A stretch of DNA of 64,000 nucleotides from positions 3,465,723-3,529,722 of the forward strand of contig OZ240616.1 of the NCBI GenBank assembly GCA_965198315.1, written 5' to 3'. The notes under the pieces are model-generated. The model had not been told where the DNA came from, searched no databases, and was given only the letters and a program-made list of their open reading frames with translations. This stretch comes from Candidatus Aldehydirespiratoraceae bacterium (GTDB lineage Bacteria > Actinomycetota > Acidimicrobiia > Acidimicrobiales > Aldehydirespiratoraceae). This document shows positions 9,498-17,022 of the stretch, in pieces (within the stretch, counting starts at the first letter, position 1; each line of letters begins with the position of its first letter). The position numbers and the translations under genes are program-made.

Positions 9498-10703
9498 GTG
9501 AGCGTGAAACCTGCATTTCTGAGTCTCGCCATTGTGGCGGCTCTGCTCGTTGGGGTCGCGGCCGGGACCGGCAGCTACCTGTTTCGCGATGAGCCACCTC
9601 TACCACCCTGTGACCTCCCGACATCAGCGGAACTGCATGAGGCGGTTGCTTCGAGCGCAGCGTGGATGGAACGCGCCCTCCAACCCAACAACCGGTTCTG
9701 GTACGAGTACGACCGCAGCACCGACACCTTTGCCAGCAACTACTTCGACGTTCGTCACGCCGGGGTGGTCATGTCGCTCTATCAGGTGGCCGCGACCGGT
9801 GATCTCAGTGTGCTCGAGACCGCGGACGGAGGCCTGCAGTACATCCTGGACAACCTCAACACAGTCGGGGACATCACCGCCTTCGACGACTATCGACGCG
9901 ATACCGATCTTGGATCAACCGCGCTGGCAGTCAACGCACTGGTGCACAGACGCATAGCCACCAACGACCAGGCATACGACGACCTGCTGCGAGCCATGGG
10001 GCGCTACATGCAATCGTTGCTGCGCCCCGACGGCGGCATGTGGTTCGGAGCGTTCAGCGATGGGCTCGAACCGATGGTGGGGCGCACGTCGACTTTCTAC
10101 ACAGGCGAAGCGTTCTGGGGGTTCGGGCTGTTGGCCAACCAGTTCCCAGGTGAAGGCTGGGACGACTCCGCCCGAGAAGTCGCCCACTATCTCGCAACGG
10201 CACGAGACGCAGAAGAAGGCATCGAGAACCCGCCGCTGGCCGACCAATGGGCTTCCTACGGATTCTCCGAGATGCGGACCTGGGGCGACCTCGCCGAGCC
10301 CGAACTCGCCTATGTCCGCTCGCTCAGCGAGGCTTACCACAAGCGCGTTGAACGCGAGATCCGGCGCGAGGCGTCCCGGGTGGGGGACGGAACCGAGCCA
10401 CCACGCGAGTCGGTTCGACAGTCCCGGGGGGCCGCCTTCGGCACCACTGTGGAGGCTCTCTCTGCTCTCTGGCGATTGAGCCGACAGGATCCCGGCATGG
10501 CCGACCTCGAGCCGCAACTGCGTCAGGACCTCCTCTGTGGCGCGGGGATCCTCGTCGCCCGCCAGTACGACACCGAACGGGCAGCGCCCTATGCTCGGCC
10601 CGACGTTGTCGAGGGCGCTTGGTACACCGACGATGTCACCCGCATGGACGATCAACAGCACGCCATGTCCGGTGTCGCTCTAGCTGTAGACGCGCTCGGC
10701 TAA
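9498..10703 (+). CDS. Membrane-anchored hypothetical protein, probable alpha/alpha-barrel fold
   Basis: GTG start after aggag; N-terminal TM anchor; conserved-looking motifs RHAGV, FYTGEA, RMDDQQHA. Confidence 0.7.
   Translation: MSVKPAFLSLAIVAALLVGVAAGTGSYLFRDEPPLPPCDLPTSAELHEAVASSAAWMERALQPNNRFWYEYDRSTDTFASNYFDVRHAGVVMSLYQVAATGDLSVLETADGGLQYILDNLNTVGDITAFDDYRRDTDLGSTALAVNALVHRRIATNDQAYDDLLRAMGRYMQSLLRPDGGMWFGAFSDGLEPMVGRTSTFYTGEAFWGFGLLANQFPGEGWDDSAREVAHYLATARDAEEGIENPPLADQWASYGFSEMRTWGDLAEPELAYVRSLSEAYHKRVEREIRREASRVGDGTEPPRESVRQSRGAAFGTTVEALSALWRLSRQDPGMADLEPQLRQDLLCGAGILVARQYDTERAAPYARPDVVEGAWYTDDVTRMDDQQHAMSGVALAVDALG
9499..9529 (+). repeat. Direct repeat copy B (functional 5' end of the 9498 gene)
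   Basis: tgagcgtgaaacctgcatttctgagtctcgc. Confidence 0.9.
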
Positions 10704-10715
10704 CCGGAACCTTCC

Positions 10716-11921
10716 CTAACCGGATCGATCGGAGACCAACTGGCGGTAGTACACCGCGCGAACCGCGAGCGCTTCACGGATCTCGCCGGTCATCTCCTCG
10801 GCGAACTCGGCTCGATATGAGGTGTCGGTCACGATCTGCACCGCGAACTGCAAGCCCGACAGAAGCCCGATGAAGACCGAGACCAGTACCAACTGTCGGC
10901 TGAATATGAGTTCAGCGCCCCACAGCGACCAACGTGACGCCCAGTCAGCGCTGCTTGTCAGCTCTGTCGCCGTGGTCCACTGCAACAACGTGTCCTCGCG
11001 AACTGTCAACAGACCGAACAACAAATAGAAGGCGGTGATCACCAACGCCACCAACAGGATTTGAATTGCTTGGGACGCGAACAGCAGCAGCGCAACGTTG
11101 TACTCGGCACGGCGGTGCAGCCTCGGCGCGTCGGGAGCGGGATCTTCATCGCTCGGCACCATCTGTTCGACCGGCGTGTCGACGCTGCGCACACGCACAT
11201 CGGACCAGCGTTCAAAACGAGCCAGATCGACTGTGAGCCGCCGCACCGACAGCATCACGAAACCCGAGCCGATGAACACGACCAGAACCGCTACCGCCGC
11301 AAAATACGGCAACGTGAAGTCGTTCGCCACCTGCCACATCTCCGCGTTCAGAAAGATGAAGGCCGAGAAGATCAACAGGATCGGCAACGACTTCATGGTC
11401 AGGTTCACAATGTCGCCGATCTGCGTCTTCAACTGCGAGACAGACCAGCGGACCATGGGCAGAAGCCCCCAGGAGGTCACCACGAAGGCGACGAGCAGAA
11501 CCAGCACATTGAAGACCACTACGACCAGAACGTTCTCCGCCACCGCGTTCTGCGAACCGATCGCAGTCGGGACTGCGGGCAACACCAGATACAGCACTAT
11601 CTCCAGCACTCCCACGCGGTCTGGGAGCTGAACCAGTCGACGTCCGCGGGTCCGGTTGATCAATGCGAACGCAGCAACTCCGAGGGCGACGCAACCGACG
11701 AAGACCGCGGCCTGCGCCCAGCCGGCCCAGCGGTCGCCGAATGCCAGGAACAACTCCAGGAACACCACGAATACGAGGAAGGGGAACATCCGGGTCAAGA
11801 CGTCTTCACGAACCGAATAGTGGTCGATCAGATGCGGAAGCCCGCGGCGTATGAACCAACGTTCGGTACGGTCACGATCCCGCTCAAGCTCGACGCTGCT
11901 CAATGAATCCTCACTAGCCAC
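10716..11921 (-). CDS. Integral membrane protein of unknown function
   Basis: Multiple TM helices, ERWFIRRGLPHLI motif; start placed at GTG 11921 just after the relic imuB stop (the ORF-track start at 12044 crosses the islet boundary). Confidence 0.75.
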   Translation of the reverse strand: MASEDSLSSVELERDRDRTERWFIRRGLPHLIDHYSVREDVLTRMFPFLVFVVFLELFLAFGDRWAGWAQAAVFVGCVALGVAAFALINRTRGRRLVQLPDRVGVLEIVLYLVLPAVPTAIGSQNAVAENVLVVVVFNVLVLLVAFVVTSWGLLPMVRWSVSQLKTQIGDIVNLTMKSLPILLIFSAFIFLNAEMWQVANDFTLPYFAAVAVLVVFIGSGFVMLSVRRLTVDLARFERWSDVRVRSVDTPVEQMVPSDEDPAPDAPRLHRRAEYNVALLLFASQAIQILLVALVITAFYLLFGLLTVREDTLLQWTTATELTSSADWASRWSLWGAELIFSRQLVLVSVFIGLLSGLQFAVQIVTDTSYRAEFAEEMTGEIREALAVRAVYYRQLVSDRSG

Positions 11922-11931
11922 TTCCGGCAAA

Positions 11932-11965
11932 GCTAATCCCAGATGGCGACAACACTCCATTGTCC
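11932..11965 (-). repeat. Direct repeat copy A: relic 3' end of imuB (GQWSVVAIWD*)
   Basis: gctaatcccagatggcgacaacactccattgtcc matches 13692-13725 at 32/34 positions. Confidence 0.92.
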
Positions 11966-12098
11966 GTCTGGCAAGACGGTCGAACGAGGCATACGCAGGA
12001 GCGCCGATTCCATCTTGATTACGCTCCTGCGCAAACTTGTGCATATGCGTAAATCGCCGGAATACCTTGTCCGGTCTTTCCCAGAGTTTGTCTGGCGG

Positions 12099-12124
12099 TG
12101 TCTGTCAGGCTAGACTGACAGACA
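12099..12124 (+). promoter_or_regulatory. Inverted-repeat operator overlapping a -10 box (TAGACT) and a leaderless start
   Basis: tgtctgtcag-gctaga-ctgacagaca with perfect 10-bp arms; TAGACT at 12111-12116; ATG at 12124. Confidence 0.75.
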
Positions 12125-12447
12125 TGAGCCTCCTAGCTCACGACCGCCTGCCGACAAAGCCGATCGAAGCACTGCGGGAGCTCGCGCTCGCCATCAACGA
12201 GTGCGACGATCTCAAGCGCCAGACGGTTGCTGCGGCCCGCGAGGCGGGCGCCACATGGGAGGCCATCGGTGAAGCCCTGGGCAGCACCCGACAGTCGGCT
12301 TGGGCGCTCTACTCAGCAGACGCTGCTGCTGCCAGTGCTGACCTCGCCGCGAGCGCATCGAGCAACGCAGACCTTTCTGAAGACGAAGCACTCGACATCG
12401 CTGTCGAGGAAGTACGCCAGGTCCGCAGAGCCCGCCGGGCACGCTGA
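12124..12447 (+). CDS. Putative HTH antitoxin
   Basis: AREAGATWEAIGEALGSTRQSAW helix-turn-helix; C-terminal LSEDEALDIAVEEVRQVR; directly upstream of a PIN gene. Confidence 0.75.
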   Translation: MSLLAHDRLPTKPIEALRELALAINECDDLKRQTVAAAREAGATWEAIGEALGSTRQSAWALYSADAAAASADLAASASSNADLSEDEALDIAVEEVRQVRRARRAR

Positions 12448-12456
12448 CCCAATCAG

Positions 12457-12876
12457 ATGCAAGTTGTGTTGGACGCGAACGTGTTCGTGTCCGCTGTGAT
12501 CACGGACGGCTCTCCGCACCGCATTCTCCAACGCTGGCTCCGACTCTCAGATTTTGAGATCATCGCTTGCCAACAGTTGCTGAGCGAAGTCCAGGAAGTC
12601 TTGACAACCCGACCTCGGGTGAGTCGGCGTGTCGACCAGAAACTCGCGAACAGGCTGATCTCGCACTTGACCACCGGAATCGGTCTCATGCCCGATCCCG
12701 CTGATGTTCAGCGGTGGACACGCGACGTCGACGACGACTACCTCGTAGCGCTCGCCAGAGAACACGGCGCCAACTACATCGTGAGCCGAGACAACGACCT
12801 CTTGGAATGGGAGGAGCAGGTACCCCCCGTGATCACTCCGTCAGAGTTCGAGATGATCTTGGGACCGATCCCCTAG
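12457..12876 (+). CDS. PIN-domain toxin (PIN_3 / putative TA toxin component)
   Basis: VVLDANVFVSA, RDVDDDYLVALA, IVSRDNDLL motifs. Confidence 0.88.
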   Translation: MQVVLDANVFVSAVITDGSPHRILQRWLRLSDFEIIACQQLLSEVQEVLTTRPRVSRRVDQKLANRLISHLTTGIGLMPDPADVQRWTRDVDDDYLVALAREHGANYIVSRDNDLLEWEEQVPPVITPSEFEMILGPIP

Positions 12877-12891
12877 CAATAGATCGCCAGT

Positions 12892-13014
12892 TCACTCAAG
12901 CAGCAGCGGCAGTTTGGGAGCGCAGGCGTGTTGCTGAGGAATCCCTGCAACTTGTGCCACGGCGCTGGCGTATCCCTCTATCTCGCCCTGGTTGTCGAGC
13001 ATGCGAAAGGTCAT
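12892..13014 (-). pseudogene. Truncated AbiEii-like nucleotidyltransferase toxin fragment
   Basis: ATGA-coupled to the upstream AbiEi-like gene; MTFRMLDNQGEIEGYASAVAQVAGIPQQH resembles an AbiEii N-terminus and breaks off before the expected EKD motif; stop after 40 codons. Confidence 0.55.
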
Positions 13015-13607
13015 GCTTGAAGCAACGCTTCCAGATGCTGCCAACGGGTGCGAGTGCCGACATGGTGTTCATCGTGAATCTGCTCAGCAATCGTGGGAAG
13101 CCGAATCTCGCCGTTTGCCACGAACTGCGCGAGAGCTGCCACGACACTGTCCCAGTCCGCCTCGACGAATCGGAGACCGTCGCGCAGCACTTCGATGACG
13201 GCGACTTCGAGGACGCGCAGCTTACGGATCCGACGCTCGACTGACCGCGCCACGAACTGGACACCTTGCGGGGGCGTCGGAGTGCGTCCTGGCACCGCGA
13301 CGACTTCCGTGGACGGAACCTGGCTGGTCAATCCCAGTGCCGCTGCGGCTGAGAACTCCGCCGGTCCGGCACCATCGCCTGCCACCTCCAGCCCGACCTG
13401 CATTGGCTGCGGGGCCGGAATGCCGGCTCGCGTACACAGCCCTTTCCAGTACAGCCCTTTGCGCACTCGCAACAGTTCGTTCCTCTCAACAAGACGCACG
13501 AATTCGCAGTCAACCGCATGTGGCGGTGCTTGCAGGTCGCTGCTGAATACAAACGAACGCGCTGGCATCTGCGCGACATGGTCACGAACTAGGCGGGCCG
13601 TGCTCAT
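13011..13607 (-). CDS. DUF6088 / AbiEi-like type IV TA antitoxin
   Basis: wHTH-like RLVERNELLRVRKGLYWKG, AAAALGLTSQVP motif; leaderless TACAAT -10. Confidence 0.75.
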   Translation of the reverse strand: MSTARLVRDHVAQMPARSFVFSSDLQAPPHAVDCEFVRLVERNELLRVRKGLYWKGLCTRAGIPAPQPMQVGLEVAGDGAGPAEFSAAAALGLTSQVPSTEVVAVPGRTPTPPQGVQFVARSVERRIRKLRVLEVAVIEVLRDGLRFVEADWDSVVAALAQFVANGEIRLPTIAEQIHDEHHVGTRTRWQHLEALLQA

Positions 13608-13691
13608 AAGAGGTTATTGTAGCGAAATCCTCTTAACTTCACCACGGCACGTTCGAGTACTTCGACGAAACGGGGATCTCAGACGGGCGAG

Positions 13692-13725
13692 GCTAATCCC
13701 AGATGGCGACAACGCTCCATTGGCC
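13692..13725 (-). repeat. Direct repeat copy B (functional 3' end of imuB)
   Basis: gctaatcccagatggcgacaacgctccattggcc. Confidence 0.92.
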
Positions 13726-15384
13726 TGACTCGAGAGCCACGAGGCGAGCCAGGCCGTCATCAGTGAGAAGTTGGAAGCGAGCCTGCCGACAACGTCGCTC
13801 ATCATCCCACCACCGCTCATAAACGGGCCACGGTCCGGCCCAGGCCACAACTTCACACGAGCGACCGTCGACCACCAACAAATGAGGAGCTGACGACACC
13901 CGTCCGCGGCCGCTGACCGCAACTGCTGAGCCGTCAGCGTCGAGCAACTCCACCGCACAAGGTGTCGACAGCACTCGAGCAGGTGAAGGGGCCGGAAGAG
14001 CCCCGGGCCAGGGAGCGACACCATCAGCACCTGCAGACCGCGGTGTGTCGGCCGCTGTCACCGACCTGCCCAGAAGCTCGACCTCAGCGGACGGAACCAA
14101 CCTCAGCTGCTCATTGTGATGGCGGCCACCGCCATACACAGGCACCAGAACCGCCTCAGCGCCCAGTTGTCCCTGCAGTCGAGCTGCAACACGCGCTGCC
14201 CGCCTGTCGATCTCGTTCGCGCTGCCGCTGCCCCAGAAGTCGAGTTGACAGCCGCCGGCCGCAACCACCTCCTGAGGCGCCAGAACCACTCGGGTAATAC
14301 CTCCGGTCGGCCGGTCTGTTGAACCACCTGCCCGTCCGCTCAGCCAACCATCGAGCTGCCATCTCACCCGGTCCGCTATCACCGCTGCCGACAACGCCCC
14401 TTCATGGCGCCAGACACGCACCATCGACTCGCCGTGCTCGGTCTCTGCCTCAATCGCGATACGGACACACTCCACCCCCTCTGATCTGAGCCGTTGATGA
14501 AGCTCGTCAGCCAACGAACGGGCACAGAAGGCAACCCGGTCGATGCGGTCTGCCGGAGGGTCGATCTCGCCGGCAACGGACCAGTCGGGTGGTGGCAGCC
14601 GTCCCTGCGGTGAGCGTTCGTCGAGGCCTCTGGCGAGACGATGGGCGCTCACCCCCTCATTGCCGAAGCGGGCCAGGACATCTGCAGTCTTCAGAGCAGC
14701 GAAAGCTCCGAGAGTGCCCAGGCCGAGCCGTGCCAATACCTCAGTCAACCCGGAGCCGTCAGCTGACCCGGAGCCATCAGACAGCCCAGAGCCACTGGAC
14801 AGCCCGGAGCCAAGTTCGCGACGACCCAGCACCGAGATCGGCATTGGTGCCAGAAACTCAGGGCTGTGGCCGGGTTCAACGATTCGTACCGGGTCGGCGG
14901 ATCGCGCCGCCAACGAAGCTGCAAACGGCCCATCAGCGATCCCCACACGAACCACACCCGCACACGCACCCTCTGGACCACTTGCGACTAGATCATCAAT
15001 GACTGCACCCGTTCGAGCAAGGACCAGCTCAACCAGCGCGACTTCACCCCCGAAATATCGGGCTGGACCACGGGTGACGAACGCACAGGTCCCCGGACGT
15101 GTGACCTCGACCCCCGGCGTCACATCGTCGAGTGCGCCAAGGACAGGCTCAAAGGTCCGCGCCTCGCGGTCCAGTTCACGTTCGCGAACCTTGAGTTCGA
15201 CACAGCGGGCCTGCGCCACCCGCCTACGGAGCCCGCGGACAACCCCATACTCTCTGGCCGCCGGCGAGGCGGCCACAACACGGTTGGCGTAAACCACCGC
15301 CACTGGTTCATCAAGCGGGCAACCCAGAGCAACCACCGGCCAATCAGGGCACCACACCACCAAAGTCCGCACAGCCACAGTCAC
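13693..15384 (-). CDS. imuB: ImuB, inactive Y-family DNA polymerase of the mutasome
   Basis: RTLVVWCPDWPVVA N-terminus, ARYFGGE, GIADGPFAA, DRVRWQLDGWL, QLDFW clamp-binding motif, WAGPWPVYERWW; GTG start at 15384. Confidence 0.9.
   Translation of the reverse strand: MTVAVRTLVVWCPDWPVVALGCPLDEPVAVVYANRVVAASPAAREYGVVRGLRRRVAQARCVELKVRERELDREARTFEPVLGALDDVTPGVEVTRPGTCAFVTRGPARYFGGEVALVELVLARTGAVIDDLVASGPEGACAGVVRVGIADGPFAASLAARSADPVRIVEPGHSPEFLAPMPISVLGRRELGSGLSSGSGLSDGSGSADGSGLTEVLARLGLGTLGAFAALKTADVLARFGNEGVSAHRLARGLDERSPQGRLPPPDWSVAGEIDPPADRIDRVAFCARSLADELHQRLRSEGVECVRIAIEAETEHGESMVRVWRHEGALSAAVIADRVRWQLDGWLSGRAGGSTDRPTGGITRVVLAPQEVVAAGGCQLDFWGSGSANEIDRRAARVAARLQGQLGAEAVLVPVYGGGRHHNEQLRLVPSAEVELLGRSVTAADTPRSAGADGVAPWPGALPAPSPARVLSTPCAVELLDADGSAVAVSGRGRVSSAPHLLVVDGRSCEVVAWAGPWPVYERWWDDERRCRQARFQLLTDDGLARLVALESGQWSVVAIWD
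14749..14812 (-). repeat. In-frame 18-bp tandem repeat (4 copies) in imuB encoding a Gly/Ser linker
   Basis: ccc(g/a)gagcc at 14749, 14767, 14785, 14803; GSGLSSGSGLSDGSGSADGSG. Confidence 0.85.
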
Positions 15385-15541
15385 ACCGCCGACGCATCGC
15401 AGTGCACAGCCACGGTCACACCGTCGGCACATCGGAGTGCACAGGCACATCGCACACCGCCGGCACATCGCAGTGCGCGGGCGTATCGCAGTGCACAGGC
15501 ACATCGCAGTGCACAGACACATCGCAGTGCGCGGGCGTATC
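15381..15541 (-). repeat. 18-bp tandem repeat array at the imuA'/imuB junction
   Basis: Unit about cacatcgcagtgcacagg; encodes DTPAHC DVSVHC DVPVHC DTPAHC DVPAVC DVPVHS; the GTGA junction is duplicated at 15419 and 15384. Confidence 0.9.
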
Positions 15542-16240
15542 AAGGAGCATCGGCGCACCATCGGGACCGGGGAGAAGAAACGAGACAGCTCTTGGTCTTG
15601 CGGCCGCGCCACGTCCTTGAGTGCACACCTCCACCCTCCTTGAACGCAGAAGGCCATGGCCGGATCCGAGCCCCGACCATTGCGATGCCACCACCCGAAC
15701 TCCGACATCAACGCCCGGCCCTCTGCTGGATCCGATCTGACTGGACTCAATCTGGCTGGACCCGATCTGTATCAGCACCGATCCGCTCTCCCGAAGACGA
15801 GCTGACAGACGACGAAGATCAGCGGGACGAAACCGCAGACCCGGCCCGACCATCACCACATCGACAGCACCGATGAGAGCCGCTACGACTCCGACGTTGG
15901 TCGAAGGATCAAGGGGACTGACGACCAGCAGTCGTTCAAGGGCGATTCCCGCCTCAGCTGCAGCCGCAAGCCCCAGCCCCTCAGCCCCCACAAGAGCAGT
16001 CCACGATCCGGCCTGCGAGGGACCCGCCGCCAGTACCAGAGACAGCGACGTTGCACCGATGCCGTTGACCGCGACCGTGGTCCCACGCTGAAGCGACCCA
16101 CCGACAAAGAGCTCGGAGACGGCCGGAAGAAGCGGCAATGTGCGTTGGTGAGCCAACGCCAGGGGTGCCACCCTGTCAGCGACGAGCTGCAGACGGGCTC
16201 GGCGATCAACCTGTGACTCTGCAGTTGCTGTTGCTGCCAT
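15416..16240 (-). CDS. imuA: ImuA' (RecA-like mutasome accessory protein)
   Basis: RTLPLLPAVSELFVGGSLQRGT, GLAAAAEAGIALERL, RRLSARLRESGSVL, WSGLGSGHGLLRSRRV; upstream of imuB, with SOS box. Confidence 0.88.
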   Translation of the reverse strand: MAATATAESQVDRRARLQLVADRVAPLALAHQRTLPLLPAVSELFVGGSLQRGTTVAVNGIGATSLSLVLAAGPSQAGSWTALVGAEGLGLAAAAEAGIALERLLVVSPLDPSTNVGVVAALIGAVDVVMVGPGLRFRPADLRRLSARLRESGSVLIQIGSSQIESSQIGSSRGPGVDVGVRVVASQWSGLGSGHGLLRSRRVEVCTQGRGAAARPRAVSFLLPGPDGAPMLLDTPAHCDVSVHCDVPVHCDTPAHCDVPAVCDVPVHSDVPTV

Positions 16241-16250
16241 CAGTTCAGTA

Positions 16251-16266
16251 TCGAACATATGTTCGT
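16251..16266. promoter_or_regulatory. LexA (SOS) box
   Basis: TCGAACATATGTTCGT versus actinobacterial consensus TCGAAC-N4-GTTCGA; 10 bp upstream of the imuA' ATG, overlapping a GATACT -10. Confidence 0.9.
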
Positions 16267-16336
16267 GTTCTGCAACTCGGCAAGCGCCAGAATGAGTCAA
16301 TCGACATTCTCTGAATAGTTAGATATACTCATTGTT

Positions 16337-16591
16337 GTGTCGAAACGACTGCAAGTGCTTGTGCCCGAGGATGAATACGTCGAGATCCAAGGCGCTGCAC
16401 GAGAGTGTCGCATGACGGTCGCGGAATGGGTCCGTCAGGCGATGCGCGAGGCACGGAGCGACTCGAACCGGCCCTCTGACTCCACTGACGCGAGGCTGCG
16501 AGCTATAGCAGCAGCATCGCAGCACGAATTCCCGACAGCAGACATCGACGACATGCTTCGTGACATCGACGCCGGCCGCACGGCCTCATGA
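16337..16591 (+). CDS. vapB: Ribbon-helix-helix (CopG-like) VapB antitoxin
   Basis: MSKRLQVLV...TVAEWVRQAMR...FPTADIDDML; leaderless TATACT; ATGA overlap with the PIN gene. Confidence 0.8.
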   Translation: MSKRLQVLVPEDEYVEIQGAARECRMTVAEWVRQAMREARSDSNRPSDSTDARLRAIAAASQHEFPTADIDDMLRDIDAGRTAS

Positions 16592-16983
16592 TCTTCGTGG
16601 ACTCCAACGTGCCGATGTATCTGGTCGGCGCCGCTCACCCGAACAAGGACCGGACGATCTCCGTGCTCACGCGTCTGGCGCTGTCCGGCACGACGCTCGT
16701 CACCGACATTGAGGTCTACCAGGAGATCCTTCACCGTTACGCCGCCATCGGCCGACTCGATGCGATTGAGCCTGCTTTCGCGAGCCTCGACGCTATCGTC
16801 GACGATGTCCTTGCGTTCGGTGTTGCCGAAGTTCGAGCGGCACGAACGCTGCTGGAGAGTGTCACCGGTCTCTCGGCACGCGACGCGTTGCACACAGCCG
16901 TCATGACGAACGCGGGCGTAACACGCATCTTCAGCTTTGACAGCGGCTTCGATGCTGTCGGAGGACTCGAAAGGCTGAGCTAG
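16588..16983 (+). CDS. vapC: VapC PIN-domain toxin
   Basis: IFVDSNVPMY, EVYQEILHRY, LSARDALHTAVM, IFSFDSGFD. Confidence 0.9.
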   Translation: MIFVDSNVPMYLVGAAHPNKDRTISVLTRLALSGTTLVTDIEVYQEILHRYAAIGRLDAIEPAFASLDAIVDDVLAFGVAEVRAARTLLESVTGLSARDALHTAVMTNAGVTRIFSFDSGFDAVGGLERLS

Positions 16984-17022
16984 CGCCTCGTCAGATGACG
17001 TGGGAACATCAACTGGGGACTT

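Noticed and set aside
11922-12044. N-terminal extension of the membrane protein
   Set aside because: It runs through the relic imuB end and islet DNA, so it is probably a fortuitous open frame.
15385-15750. Cys-rich N-terminal extension of ImuB in the ORF track
   Set aside because: It is the alternative-frame reading of the imuA' 3' repeats; ImuB homology starts at about 15384.
16267-17022. Flanking direct repeats around the vapBC module (and around Phd-VapC at 56443-57396)
   Set aside because: No convincing repeat pair found by eye; only short inverted repeats (probable operators).
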